Counted from the stretch's first letter, positions 12,806 through 26,896 are shown. The stretch is DNA of 64,000 bases from Octopus vulgaris (GCA_951406725.2 OX597817.1:24118001-24182000); one strand, 5' to 3'. Numbers and translations: made by a program. The notes: generated by a model from the sequence alone, not told the origin.

Positions 12806-13059
12806 TGAACTCATCACAAGTCCCCTCATGTAGGTGGCCCTGCTCGATCTGTAGAAAAGGTGTATGTAGAAACTCCATAAGATGTACCCAGTGTAAGCTA
12901 TGGATGCATAAGAGGTGCAGCAACATCAAAGGAAAACTAACTGAGGAGGTAGATTTCATGTGCAGCAGATGCACAGGGGCAATAGACACCACAGATACTC
13001 AGAAAACAGATTCCATCACACTCCAGGGGGAGAAACTAGAAGTAGTTGAGAGTTTCTGC

Positions 13060-13061
<2 letters not shown>
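12806..13061 (+). mobile_element. Inverted internal RTE segment encoding the PHD-like finger
   Basis: ORF 12805-13182 RWPCSICRKGVCRNSIRCTQCKLWMHKRC...FMCSRC...LEVVESFCY, homologous to ~34015-34255. Confidence 0.85.
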
Positions 13062-13113
<52 letters not shown>

Positions 13114-13724
13114 AACACACACACATACACACACATATATATATATATATATGTATACACACACACACATATATGTAGTTAGATAGAAAAATAAATAGAT
13201 ATGTATGTATACAGAAATATATATATTATACATATTATATCCAATTATTCTATATTTGTGTTTAGGTATTAATATGAATGTGTGTCTTTGTGTCCGTATG
13301 TCAGTGTGTATAGGAACATGTTAGTATATATGTTATTTTGGATATGTTCATGTGAAAAAGAGATGAGAGACAGAGGGAAAAATAGTGTTTTTGATTGTTG
13401 AATGCATTTGTGTTTATGTGTGTGTCTTTCTCCATGTATGTTTATGAATATATGGGTTTGATATCAATATAGCTATATCAATATTGACACAGATGTTTGT
13501 TTTTGTGTGTAAATGATTTGTATACATATATATATATATATAATACAAATCATACATAAATATATATAATATATACACACATATTTTGCTATGTATATAT
13601 GTATACATACAAATACACTTATATAAATATGTATACATACATACATATGTGTATATATAAATACATATATATATGTACATATATATACATATACATATAT
13701 ATATGTGTATATATATACATATGT

Positions 13725-13779
<55 letters not shown>

Positions 13780-14339
13780 TGAAGAAATTAATTAAAGATC
13801 TTTTCCAATCATTTATTCATTCAGAAAAGTGTATGAGGTTTATTCTGAACAGAGCTGATTGTGAAGATGTTGACCTTTCTGAAGATTATCTGGACGTCGT
13901 CAGGAACTGAGCAATAGAAAGGCTTTGTTTCGTTGCTTCCACTAAGGTAACTCGCTTGCTGTGTGCAGCCAATGTTATTTCATAATGATGAAGATAATTA
14001 TGCCACAGAATCAGGCAACAATAGGTGACTATTATGACATCTAAGTAAACTTGTATTCAATGTTTATTTCTCATTTCTTGCAGCAGACAGAATGGAATCA
14101 GGTTTTCAGTACATTTCAAAGAACATTTAATAATGATTTGGGTGGTGTGGGAAGGGATATTTCACCCCTTTTGTTACAGCTGCTGATAATGTTGAGGATG
14201 ATAGTGATAATGCTATTAATACTATTATTCTGCTATTGTTTACCATTATTGTTGTTGTTTCTTCTGCTGGAGATGCCATTGGAAACTCAAATATGGTAAA
14301 TAGAAGACAAGTAGATCTACTTATTAGTTTGTTGTTATT

Positions 14340-14720
14340 GTATATGTTGTTGGTGGTGTTGGTGGTCATGGTGGTCGTGGTCGTCGTCGTGGTGGCAGTG
14401 GTTGTGGAGTTGATGTGGTAGTGCTTCTGGTAGTTGATACCATAGTGGTGGTGGTGGTGATGGTGGTGGTGGTGGTGGTAGTGGACAGGTGAATAATTGT
14501 TGCTGCTGGTAGCTGTTGTCTTTCCTGATGGTTGTGATGGTGAACAGCTGGAAAGCTCTCATTGTTGCTGTCACAATTTTCAATGATGGTGGTGGTGATG
14601 GCAGCGGCAGTGGTGGTGATGGCAGCGGCAGTGGTGGTGATTGTGGTGGTGTTGGTGGATTTGGTAGCGATGTGGATGGTTTTGTTGGTTTGCTACTGGT
14701 TTTGGTGGATTTGATAGATC
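14340..14720. repeat. (GGT)n-rich low-complexity tract with a 21-bp tandem unit
   Basis: Directly visible; ggtggtgatggcagcggcagt occurs twice near 14590-14635. Confidence 0.8.
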
Positions 14721-14771
14721 TTATGGTTCTTTTCGTGTTGATACCGGTGCTAGTTATGGTAATAGTGGTAT

Positions 14772-15118
14772 TACTCTTTTTACTCTCTTGCTTGTTTCAG
14801 TCATTTGACTGTGGCCATGCGGGAGCACCACCTTTAGTCGAGCAAATCAACCCCAGGACTTATCCTTTTTAAGCCTAGTACTTATTCTATTGGTCTCTTT
14901 TGCCAAACTGCTAAGTTAGGGGACATAAAGACACCAGCATTGGTTGTCAAGTGATGTTGAGGGGACAAACACAAACACATAAACACACACACATACATAT
15001 ATATATATATACATATATATGACAGGCTACTTTCAGTTTCTGTCTACCAAATCCACTCACAAGGCTTTGTGGGACTGAACCCAGAACCATGTGGTTGGTA
15101 AGCAAGCTACTTAACACA
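14772..15118 (-). mobile_element. SINE family A with internal deletion
   Basis: Reverse complement of family A lacking the segment between AAGGCTTTG and TGGGACTGAACC. Confidence 0.85.
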
Positions 15119-15389
15119 TGTAATGTAAGTGGTGATGTTGTTGGCATTAGTTGTAGTGGCATTTGGTACTAGTGAAATAAGTAGTAGTAGTAGTAGTAAT
15201 AGTAACAGCAGCAGCGATGGCAGCAGTGATACATTGAGATATGTTTCTTTGTAAGTGAGATAAAAATGAAACAAAGTGAGATTAGAGTAAACAAGACAAA
15301 GTAGAATGGTGTGGATGATTATGATGATGCCTGAAGTTACAAGCTCCACAGGTAAGGAAGAGCAAAATGCTGAAGGGTAATAGGGGAAG

Positions 15390-15700
15390 GTGGAGGCACA
15401 ATGGCCCAGTGGTTATGGCAGCGAACTCGTGGTCGGAGGATTGCGGTTTTGATTCCCAAACCAGGCGTTGTGTGTGCTTCTTGAGCAAAAACACCTAAAG
15501 CTCTACGAGGCTCCGGTAGGGGGGATGGCGACCCCTGTTGTACTCTTTCGCCCCCAACTTTCTCTCACTCTTTCTTCCTGTTTCTTGAGTAATGCTACGA
15601 TGGACTGGCATCCTGTCCAGCTAGGGGGAACACATACACCATAGTAACCGGGAAACCGGGTCCATGAGCCTGGTTAGGCTTGAAAAGGGCACATAAATAA
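15390..15700 (+). mobile_element. Chimeric SINE: family C head + family E 3' half
   Basis: 5' matches 38102ff; 3' (GAGTAATGCTACGATGGACTGGC...AAAAGGGC) matches 16688-16790; TSD aataggggaag 15379-15389 / 15701-15711. Confidence 0.8.
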
Positions 15701-16543
15701 AATAGGGGAAGAACTGCCAGATAACAACGATAGTATTTATGAATGATGTGATGCAGAGTAGTAGTGATAAATGTGGTATTTGTTGCTGTGGTGCCCTTGG
15801 ACAACAGTGGTGGCATGAGAGGGGAGGCTGGTATGTGTGGGCAACAAATAATCTTACCTGGACTTGTACCTCAGAGGGGAATATTCTTGGTACAATCCCA
15901 TGGTTATTCATGACCAAAGGGAGGGGTCTTTACCCTTTACTGTTTAGTTGTTGAACCCTCATTCAGCTTCTCTACTCCCTGCTAGCCCTCATTCAAGCAA
16001 ACCTATAAAAAATTACAATCTATTTATGACCAACTTATTTTGTTTTTCTCGAACACAGTAGATCCAGGACAAAATTATCCACTGTGTCCTTCTTTTTGTA
16101 AGATGACTGGATAGGATTTAATGAAAACTTAGTTGTTATTTCTAACTGGTCAATTGACTACATAGAAGTCCCCTTAATGTTGTTTTGGTGTTCTTTAGTT
16201 GGCTCAATAGATATTTTTGTTATTGTCACTGTTGTCTAACATCAATGTGTCTCTGAACAAGCTGACCTATGATCAAAGACATTCCAACCATGGAAACCCC
16301 ACCTTCTTTTACAGGCTGCCTTACAGACTTCATTATTGAATGCATCCTTCTGTTTTTTTTCTTTTGCTTAATCGGTATAGTATAATCTTGGGGAGATTTA
16401 ACTGGAATGTCTTAGGTTGAGTGTCTATATACATTATTTGTTATTATGTAACAAAACAAGTCTGATTTTTTTTATATTAGACATGATAAGGAAAATGATC
16501 ACAATATTTATGATGAGATTTGTGGAGCTGTTATGTTATCATG

Positions 16544-16804
16544 TGTGGAGGCTCATGGCTTAGTGGTTAGGGTGTCAGCACCATGATCGTAAGATTGTGG
16601 TTTCGATTCCTGGACCGGGCGACGCGTTGTGTTCTTGGGCAAAACACTTCATTTCACGTTGCTCCAGTCCACTCAGCTGGCAAAAATGAGTAACGCTACG
16701 ATGGACTGGCGTCCTGTCCAGCTGGGGAACACATACGCCAAAGAAACCGGGAAACTGGGCCCATGAGCCTGGCTAGGCTTTAAAAGGGCGCATTTATTAT
16801 TTAT
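16544..16804 (+). mobile_element. SINE family E
   Basis: tRNA-like head TGGCTTAGTGGTTAGG...GTTTCGATTCC; GATGGACTGGCGTCCTGTCCAG block; TSD ttatgttatcatgt 16530-16543 / 16805-16818. Confidence 0.85.
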
Positions 16805-17781
16805 TTATGTTATCATGTAGCAGTTATTTCATTAGCAATTCTGGTACTGGGTTATACATCGATTTTTACAATGAGTATTCAGTTGTTTTATATAGTTACC
16901 CAAGGCTTGGATGGATTGAGTCTATAGTAGAAGAGCACTTGTCTAAGATGCTATGAAGTAGGATCGAACCCAGGATCTCATGATTCCAAAGTGAACTTCT
17001 TATCTAGTCAACTATACATACATCCGGAAAATAGCGACTTTACTGTTGTACAAAACACCTTTAATTTTTTTACGTAATCTATGTAAGTATCAAGGTGAAA
17101 CAATAAAATTCCAAAGAAGTTATCTATTGTTTGTGCCAGCAAAAAGGAAATACAAGAGATTCATAAATTGGAATGAATTATTTTGCTGTGAGGAAAAGAA
17201 GTCTAGTGTTTCGGGAGAACCATTTTTCAGAAAGAATTTATTTCATTTTGCAAACTTTTTATAAATAAAGCATTTACATTGTAGCTTCAAATTCTTCTTA
17301 TCCCCATTAGGTTAGAAATAAAAAGTATGTTTAAGGCAAGCTATTTTTGTGCACTATTGTTTTTGTGTTTTATTTGTTTATCAGTTTATTTACTTTGGTC
17401 TTAGCTCCAGGATACACTGACAAAGCAAAAGCTTTGATTAAAAGAGTTCCATTTGTGACCATCACAAATTTTCTCTCAAGTATAGTATTCCTAAGATGAG
17501 ATTACCCAATCTAGCTTTCAAAACTGGTACATTATGCAGTGACTGGGGACAGCATTAGTAATTTAACAGCTGTTTATAAATTTATTTTTCAGTAAGTGAA
17601 AAGAAAGATGGTCTAAGTTAGGTTGCATTGTATGCAAAACAAATTTATCTGTGAGTAAAAGTGCTTGTGTGTATGATTGTGTGCATGTGTATGCATGAGA
17701 GTGTGTGTGCATGTGAATGTGTGTGTGCATGTGTATTTGGCATTCTTGTGAAATAAGGAGCAATTTAAACAGATCAGAGGT

Positions 17782-18021
17782 ATGTAAAAAGCACCAACCG
17801 ATCGTGGCCATTGCCAGCCTCCCCTGGCCCCTGTGCCACTGGCACATAAAAAGCACCCGCTACACTCACAGAGTGGTTGGTGTAAGGAAGGGCAGAGCAT
17901 CCAGCTGCCAGATTATACTAGAGCTTGGTGCAGCCTCCTGGCTTCCCACACCCTGGTCGAACCATCCAACCCATGCTAGCATGGAAAATGGACGTTAAAC
18001 GATGATGATGATGATGATGAT
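17782..18021 (+). mobile_element. RTE LINE 3' fragment
   Basis: Homologous to ~35120-35415; ends GGACGTTAAAC(GAT)n. Confidence 0.85.
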
Positions 18022-18548
18022 ATGCCTGTCTCTTTAGTTGTTCTTTTATTTTTCTTACCTAGACACTGTATTATCAGATTTTGATCTTGATGTCTCAAGT
18101 CAATGAACCATCAACACCACTGAAATAAACTAGCCCACAAGCAAGCCTCTAAGTGCTCACTGGCCATGCTAGAAATAATAGTCAAATTTCCTTCAAATTG
18201 CACTCAACTATCTTTTATAAGAGAAGACACATTAGATGAGGTGCATAATCCTAAACAGATATGGTGATAATGGCTGGAAGGCCTTTGAATGTAGGTCTGC
18301 TCAATCAGTGTTGACCTTGGGCTAAACAACAAAAGCAGCATGGACAATAACAACATCAGTAGCAGGAATGAAAGCAACAAAATGTAAATTTCTCCTGAAT
18401 AAAAATTTATTTTTCTGGCTGAAATTACCTTGATAGATACATAAATCTGACATGTTTTGGACTTATTTCAAAAGAGAACTTGGACTTATTTCAAAGGAGA
18501 TCCGAGTTCCATGTTACCAAATTTTTCCCTTCCCAGGTCTTCTGTTCC

Positions 18549-18761
18549 AGCAAGCTGGCAGAGTCGTTAGCATGCCGGGGAGAAATGCTTAACAGTATTT
18601 CGTCTGCTGCTACGTTCTGAGTTCAAATTCCACCAAGGTCAACTTTGCCTTTCATCCTTTCGGGGTCAATAAATTAAGTACCGGTGAAACACTGGGGTCG
18701 ATATAATTGAATATCCCCCCTCCCCCAAATTTCAGACCTTGGGCATATAGTAGAATGGATT
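18549..18761 (+). mobile_element. SINE-B (CCCCAAATTTC-tail subfamily)
   Basis: Head and core match family B; different 3' tail. Confidence 0.8.
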
Positions 18762-19955
18762 TTCAACTCATGATGTTCTAAATCTGAAATCACACCAATC
18801 TTTCTCAAACCTCTTCTCCTCTTCTCCTCTTATTCAAAAAAAGGCAGGAATTTATGTAATTTTTTTGAAGTGACTCACCTGCAGTTTATATAGAATATAT
18901 ATACAATTCTTGTGTTAGGTAAGTTTTGTAATAAACATCGAGTTACTTTCATAGCTTAAACTTCAATAGTTCTCATACTTAGACGTCATTTATTTCTTTA
19001 ATAATTCATGAGATATAAAATATATCTATTCTGAATAGATGAAAATTTGTTGACCTATGTGTTGTTCTCAAACAGACACTCCTTTATTTTATGACCGTCT
19101 TGGTTGTGAATCAAAATTCTTAATGACATATCCAATTAATTTGTTGGAGTATATAACTGAATCAAGAGATAACATTGAAATAACGAGTTTATTTACGGAA
19201 ACTTTTCCAAATTATTGTGTTTATTGTGTGTCTTCCTTCTTTGTGCTATCAGATTGATGAACAGTCTGGCTGACGTCTTTGACAAGTGCTAAATCCTTCT
19301 TTACCAAAGAGTGAGTTATTTTTCCTTTTTTTTCTTTTTTTTTTTTTTACTGGTGGGAAACTACAAAAGTGTTTTCTTATTGCTTTCCTTCTGGTGTCTT
19401 AGTCAAAACACCCTCTTATCAGCTAAATACAGACTGGCTTCTGACACTTACAAGAGCATCTAAAACATTAGGAACCAGAGCAAATACCATTATGGCAAGT
19501 CTTGTAATTTTCTTGTCATGAGCTTCAAGCTAAGGTAATATATTATGATATGCGAGATATTAAAGAAAATATTGTGTCCATTTCATGCTAAGCAACTGGC
19601 AAATTATCTCATAAACACAAAATTCCACATCTAAATAGCAGGGACAAATTACAGGGGCTAATTCAAGAAAGGAGGATGACAGGTAACCTGTAATGTCATT
19701 TCTTTATGTTTTTGTTTTATATCAATTTTTCTTTGCTGGTACGAGTTGGACAAAGACAAATTTGAATCAGTATTTTACAGCTGGATACCCTTCCTATTAC
19801 CAAACCATATCTGTTTTATGAGTAAGAGATTTTTAACATACAGGTCTTCAAAAATACAGAGCTACATGATGTATGTTTATAACTAATATCAATACAGCAT
19901 GACTGCCTTTTTGCTCAAGTGTTGCCACATGAAAATGTAGAATGTCTACATTCAG

Positions 19956-19957
<2 letters not shown>

Positions 19958-19986
<29 letters not shown>

Positions 19987-20277
19987 AATATATTTCATCG
20001 TCATTGTCATCATCATCATCATCATCACCACCACCACCACCACCACCATCATCATCATCCTCATCATCATCATCATCATCAGCATCCTTGTTTAAGCACC
20101 CATTTCTCCATGCTTGTATGGGTTTGGTGGAATTCGGCAAATCGGGTATTCAACAACATGATGCCCTTCCTAGCACCTACTTTTACTTGTTCCATGCATG
20201 TGTGTGTGTGTGTGTGTGTGTGTGTACATGTGTGTGTGTGCGTATGTGTGTATGTGTGCGTGTGTTTGTGCATGCAT

Positions 20278-20310
<33 letters not shown>
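19958..20310. repeat. Compound (CA)n/(CAT)n/(CAC)n/(TG)n microsatellites around a decayed RTE tail
   Basis: Directly visible; CCATGCTTGTATGGGTT and ATGCCCTTCCTA remnants of the RTE 3' end. Confidence 0.7.
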
Positions 20311-20314
<4 letters not shown>

Positions 20315-20804
20315 GTGGGTTTATTTCAGCTTCCATCTGCGAAGTCCCCTCGCAACAAGGCTTTGATCAGCAACGGGCCATATTAGAATATACTTAAAAA
20401 AGATATTATACAGTAGGACTACACATGAAATCACTTTGTTATGGATTGAATAATGAGTGAACAGATGACCCTAAATTTTCTGCCAATCATTTTCACTAAC
20501 AAGACATTGGTCAGGACAAGCCTAAACTGGAATATTCTTGCTTATGGTGTCTTACAATGAGACAGTACTTGTAACCATATGGTTCTGAAGCAACACGTAA
20601 TACTCTAGTGAGTGATTGCTACAAAGTTTGAATCTTATTAGAGGACTCCTTCCTGTCTCAAATTTATGTTAATTGTAGCTTCCTTTTATATACCACCAGG
20701 TTGAGGAATGACCATTCTGACATCTTTGATAAGTGTTAAATGCTTATCATGAATATTTTTGTAAGGGAATATCATTTCATGTTGCTTTTCTTTTGGTATT
20801 TTTG

Positions 20805-20985
20805 AGAGCAGCGGACTCGCGGTTGAGGGATCGCGGGTTCGAATCACAGACCGGGTTATGTGTGTGTTTATGAGTAAAATACCTAAGCTCCACGTAGCTC
20901 TGGCAGAAGGTAATGGGGAACTTCTGCTGACTCTCTTTAACTGCGGTGCATTAGCATGGCCGCAGCTCTGAGCTGAACCTACAGA
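20805..20985 (+). mobile_element. SINE-C-like head with family-A-like 3' end, 5'-truncated
   Basis: GCAGCGGACTCGCGGT...GGTTCGAATC; 3' GCGGTGC..TAGCATGGCCGCAGCTC. Confidence 0.7.
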
Positions 20986-21074
20986 AGAAAAAAACGGACA
21001 TTTTGTCTACTACATACAAGCTGCTTTATGACACCTGGCTGAGGTCTCAGTACATAATTACCACAACAAATATT

Positions 21075-21520
21075 CTTTTCTGCTCTAGGCACAAGGCCTG
21101 AAATTTTGGGGGAAGGTGGCCAGTTGATCAGATCAACCCCAGTACACAACTGGTACTTAATTTATCAACCCCACCTGAAAAGAAAGGAGGGAAGGCAAAG
21201 TCAACCTCAGGGGATTTTGAACTCAGAATGTAAAGATAGACGAAATGCCACTAAGCATTTTGCCCGGCATGCTAACATTTCTTATTTCTTTACTACCACC
21301 CACAAGGGGCTAAACACAGAGGGGACAAACAAGGACAGACAAACGGATTAAGTCGATTACATCTACCCCAGTGCGTAACTGGTACTTAATTTATCGACCC
21401 CGAAAGAATGAAAAGCAAAGTCAACCTCAGCTGAGTTTGAACTCTGAATTTAACAGCAGACGAAATACTGCTAAGGATTTTGCCCGGCGTGCTAACATTT
21501 CTGCCAGCTCGCTGCCTTAG
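21075..21520 (-). mobile_element. SINE-B nested dimer (younger subfamily joined into older)
   Basis: Junction at ~21281; outer TSD ccacaacaaatatt 21061-21074 / 21521-21534. Confidence 0.85.
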
Positions 21521-21804
21521 CCACAACAAATATTGCAATTTCATCCAGTGTTTTGGCAATTCTACCTTTTCACTGTTCCAGACAAGAACTTTTATTTTGC
21601 CAGACCTCAGACAATGACAACAAAGAGGACCTCAATCTAATTTGAACCCAGAATGTAAAGAACCAGAAAAATTTTGCAATGAATTTATTCCAACACTCTT
21701 AACATGTCTACAAGATATTTACCCTGGTCTGAAACTTTATTTTGCCATCACTACAAGAATGCAAAGCAAATTTGACAACAATGCATTTAGAACTCAGAAC
21801 ATAA

Positions 21805-22191
21805 TTATGGAAGCACTCCATCGGTTATGACGACGAGGGTTCCAGTTGATCCGAATCAACGGAACAGCCTGCTCGTGAAATTAACGTGTAAGTGGCTGAG
21901 CACTCCACAGACACGTGTACCCTTAACGTAGTTCTCGGGGATATTCAGCGTGACACAGAGAGTGACAAGGCCGGCCCTTTGAAATACAGGTACAACAGAA
22001 ACAGGAAGTAAGAGTGAGAGAAAGTTGTGGTGAAAGAGTACAGCAGGGATCACCACCATCCCCTGCAGGAGCCTCGTGGAGCTTTTAGGTGTTTTCGCTC
22101 AATAAACACTCACAACGCCCGGTCTGGGAATCGAAACCGCGATCCTATGACCGCGAGTCTGCTGCCCTAACTACTGGGCCATTGCGCTTCC
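21805..22191 (-). mobile_element. SINE family C, full length
   Basis: Near-identical to 63300-63684; TSD actcagaacataa 21792-21804 / 22192-22204. Confidence 0.9.
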
Positions 22192-23084
22192 ACTCAGAAC
22201 ATAAAGAGCCAGTACAAATAATGCTATGAATTTTCTCCGCCACTGTAATGATCCTGTCAGTTTACCATCTTTATCATGTCAAATGGCACCTATATGTACG
22301 TTTTCAAATTTTCACAAAGCAACAGCAATTAAAAATTTCAATGCAAACTCATGAATATATACACAGATAAATACATGGTGTCATACTTTTGTTTTTAGTG
22401 TTGCTTTAAAATTAAACCTCATATATATTTCACTGTCAGGTCCCAACACCTTTCTACCTTCCCAAGACGCACATGGATACACTGATCGTATGCATATGTT
22501 TGGATGTATGCATGTGAAAATGTGAGTTCTTATATGATTATAGACTGATGAAAAGTGTGAGTGTGAGTGTGTGTGTGTCCTTCACAGAAAAGTGAGTGAT
22601 CACATATGTACAAATTTAAATAATCTCTCATATTATAAACATAAAAATTAAATCTTAATCAAGTTTTCTGAAATTAATTGAAATTCTTTAATGTTTTTTT
22701 TTCTTCATGGATTATAGCAAAAGTAACATCTCTTGAAGACATACCTCTACCCCTTAATGTTGATTGATTGGTGTTTGGTACTGTTTTGTCAGTTGAAAAA
22801 CAACCAATAAGCAGATGAGACATTATTCCAGTGATATTTATTAAATTAAACTTGGAATTACACACAAAAAGGAAAATAAACGAATAAATATAAAATAAAA
22901 GCGGAAAATTAAATGTAATTAAATAAAAACACTGGAGTTAAAAGAATTTGAAAAAAAACCTAAAATGTAGAAAAACAAAACAACTATAACTACGTAAAAC
23001 AGCAGAGAATATATAATAATAAGGGCTCAGGATTCTCTTTTCTTTCATTGGTTTGCATATTTGTGATGTAGTAATTATTGTAGA

Positions 23085-23440
23085 GTGAAGACGCATGGTT
23101 TAGTGGTTAGAGCATAGAGCTAGCGATCGTGAAGTTGTGAGTTCAATTCCTGGACCAGGCCGTGTGTTGTGTTCTTGAGCAAGATGCTTTATTTCATGTT
23201 GCTTCAGTTCACTCAGCTGTAGAAATGAGTTGCAACATCACTGGTGCCCAGCTGTATCAGCCTTTATCTTTCCCTTGGATAATATCAGTGGCATGGAGGG
23301 GAGGCTGGTATGCATGGGTGACAACTAGCCTTCCACAAACAATCTTGCTCTGACTTGTGCCACGCAGGGTAACTTTCTAGATGCACTCCCATGGTCATTC
23401 ATGGTCGAAGGGGGTCTCCTCCTCCTCTTCCTTCTCCTCC
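23085..23440 (+). mobile_element. SINE family D with (CCT)n tail
   Basis: Matches 11010ff; TSD taattattgtaga 23072-23084 / 23441-23453. Confidence 0.9.
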
Positions 23441-23639
23441 TAATTATTGTAGAATGGGGAATAGGAAAAATGGGACAGTATTAGACAAAAGGCTTTGCTG
23501 TATTTAGTTACCCCACCCCCACATATTCTGAGTTCAAATTTCACTATGGTGTACTAGGATCATAGGTAGAAAAGTCTTTGTATGTGGCAAATGTAAAGTT
23601 AACAATCAGAGTATCAGTAAAAGAAATTATTTATAAAGT

Positions 23640-24150
23640 TTGGAAAGCTCTGTAGTGGAAGCTGAAGCTTTGGATACCTAGGTAACAAAATCAGTTGTAG
23701 ATGTTGGGATCTGATAACAAATACATGTGGTACATTGCCTTTATATGAAGTGCAGTAGGATATGTAGAAACTGAATTCAAAAGATAGGTGAAGGCTGGAA
23801 AGGAATGAAGTAATCATGATCTGTTGGATATAGATAAGCTGAGAGAATAACTAGATATGAGAGAAATCACATGAAATATGCAAGAGAAGTGACTGCATTG
23901 GTACAGATGTATAATGTGTATAGATGATAAAAGAACTGTAAGGAAGTGCTAGAAAAGTCAAAATAAATGAAACTGTTGATGGAGAAGACCAAGGAAGACT
24001 TAAGTAGTTAAAGCTGATCTTGAGATGTTGAGCCTCAGAAAAGAGATAGAAAAGTAATCCAAATGTATACAAACAAAACAATAATATGAGGCACTATGTT
24101 GGACAGGACCTATCCAGTCCATGCAAGCATATAAAAGCAGATATAAAAAT
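23640..24150 (+). mobile_element. Highly decayed RTE LINE 3' region
   Basis: Remnants TTTGGATACCTAGGT (F.YLG), GGAGAAGACCAAGGAAGACT (GRPRKT), CCATGCAAGCAT tail. Confidence 0.5.
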
Positions 24151-24841
24151 TATAGTGAAAAATGTTTATTGTTAAAACGGTCTTGATCAATTGATTTAAG
24201 ACCCTTTATTTTAAGTTCAAATTACACTGGAACTAGTTTTACTATTTCACCTACTGGGATCTCTAAAATAAAATACCAATCATTCAATCAATATTGCTTT
24301 CTCTTGTATGTTTTAACTTGTGCCTTTGGTCCACATTTTTATGAACAGACTTCAGCATGTGGTAGAAATTATCATCAATATGAGATGCAATAACTTTTAA
24401 AAATGATATTAGAAAATATTGTCATGTAGTATTTTGCTGTATCTCATTAATTTCAAAGTTCAAATCTCACTGTGGTCATTATTGCTTTGCCTCCTTCCAG
24501 GAAAGAGCTATAGTATTTTCATAAATAAAGTGTAACACAATATTTTTACTGCAAAGTAAACTGTTAAAAGTAGCCTAAAATGAAAATTTTGCAAGTAAAT
24601 TAAAAATAGGGATTGTAGTAGGTTAATTCTAATTGATAATTTAATGATATTCAATAAAATTCTTTCAGAATTTAAAATTTTGATGTAACAAATAACCCAA
24701 ATTAAAAACTAGTACAATATAATCCATTAATTTCAGCACAACTTAGTAACCTTGTTCAGAACTAATACAATAATAATTACTAGACAAGTATTAGATTTGA
24801 TTAAAATGAATATTCCCTACTAAAAAAAAAAAAAAAAAAAA

Positions 24842-24889
<48 letters not shown>

Positions 24890-25665
24890 GAACATAACAA
24901 ATCTCTGATCTTTCTCCAGCCTGTTCTTGGTCAAGCTATTAGTTATCTCTCTCACTACCCTCAACCACTTCATTTGACATCCACCTTTTATTCATAAAAT
25001 GTCCCTCCCTACATACATTTTTTATTGGTCATTCTTTCTATACTACCAGTTATCTCACCCTCTCCCCTAAACCCCTCAGACCACCTCCACTTCAATTACA
25101 ACAACTTTCTCCCCCCCCCCCCAACACACACACTATTGCAATCTAAAACTCCATCAACCACTCACCTATCATCCTCTTTTCTCTCATCCTCCCCCCTATC
25201 TACAGTATTATTACTCTGCTGCTCCTCATTCTTTCTATACTGCCACTCATCACCTCCTCTCTCCCACCTGCCCTTCAACTCATATTCATTACCAACCATC
25301 CATTCCCCCTTGTTCACAATTCACTACATTCGCACCCACCCCTTACCCTATATTTAACAATTCCTCACACTCCCCATACACTCTTAAGACTTCTACCCAC
25401 CCATTTCAATTTTCTGTCCTTGCACTCTCTTCACTTCTTAGTCTTTTAGCTCTAGGCTACAATCCGATACTTCTTCATATTGTGCCCTGAAGGGTGTGAT
25501 CACGATGATGATTATATGCACATGTGCGTGTGTATGTATACATATTTTATAGCTGTTTTTGTATGTTTCTAGGTGTTCTGTTATGAGTTAGGCTCGTCTG
25601 CCCAATTAATAAATAATTTTGATTATCATCATTAACAATAGCTATATTATATGTGTGTGTGTGTG

Positions 25666-25719
<54 letters not shown>

Positions 25720-25976
25720 CTTTATTGCTTATTTTTCTTTATTTACTTTATTTATACACTTTTGGTATTTTAATTCTTTTATTTTCAATTTTTTTCTTAA
25801 TTATTTTTATCGTGTTTTATTTTTCCTGAAAATAATTTTTGTAAGTTTGGTTTTCTATACTGTCATTCAGGCAAAAGAATTAAACTATTCCACTCCTCTC
25901 TCTTTTTTGTATGTGTGTGTGTATGTATTCATGTATATATACACACACGCATATATATACATATATAGGTATATTC

Positions 25977-26225
25977 TTGCACTCTTTTAAAGCCTAACCA
26001 GGCTCATGGGCCCGGTTACCTGGTTTCAATGGTGTATGTGTTCCCTAGCTGAGTAGGAGACCAGTCCATTGCAGTGTTACTCATTTTTGCCAGCTGAGTG
26101 GACTGGAGCAACGTGAAATGAAGTGTTTTGCCCAAGAACACAACACATCGCCCAGTCCAGGAATCGAAACCACAATCTAACGATCATGATGCTGACACCC
26201 TAACCACTAAGTCACGCATCTCCAT
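25977..26225 (-). mobile_element. SINE family E
   Basis: Reverse complement of 16544-16800. Confidence 0.85.
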
Positions 26226-26243
26226 ATATATGTATATCTACAA

Positions 26244-26390
26244 GGCACGGGCATGGCTGTGTGGTTAGGGAGCTTGCTTCCTAGCTACATGGTTTCAGGT
26301 TCAGTCCCACTGCGTGGCACTTTGGGTAGGTGTCTTCCACTATAGCCCCGAGCCGACCGGAGCTTTGTGATTGAATTCGGTAGGTGGAAG
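26244..26390 (+). mobile_element. SINE-A 5' half
   Basis: Head through GGTAGGTGGAA; 3' part absent. Confidence 0.75.
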
Positions 26391-26896
26391 TTACTGCCGT
26401 GTGTGTATGTGTGCATATAGCTGCTCAGTGCCTCTCTGAAAGAGAGAGAGAGGGATTTATATATGTATGTACACACATACAAACACACACACAAATTTGT
26501 TTCCAGTTCAAATATGTTTGAGGCACATTTTTACGGGCTTTGTATTTTACTCACAGTGAGCCACTGAATAGCACAAACAGTTACTGAATGATGACAGGAT
26601 TATCATAAGAGGTACCTATCTTTTGTTTCAGTTTGCAGCATCTGCCTTTCCTGTTTCTGTTGCTGAGGAGGAGATAATCACTCAGAAATGCATGCATTCA
26701 ACAGTCTGATTAAAAGGGTTGTATATACACACAATTGACTCCATGTATTCACATCTATCTGTCTACATTAAGAAATTTTCTCCATGACAAAATACACTGA
26801 ATGATTTTTTTTTATTGGTTCAAATATTCCTCAAGGTATTTGAACAGGAAAGAAGCTTGCTTTTTATACACGCATTGTTTAGTGCTGTCACTCCAT

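Noticed and set aside
14051-14872. Hydrophobic or Gly-rich ORFs resembling membrane proteins
   Set aside because: Products of (GGT/GTT)n repeats running into a SINE.
26627-26716. Exon-like segment after ttttgtttcag
   Set aside because: Stops in all frames and no good donor.
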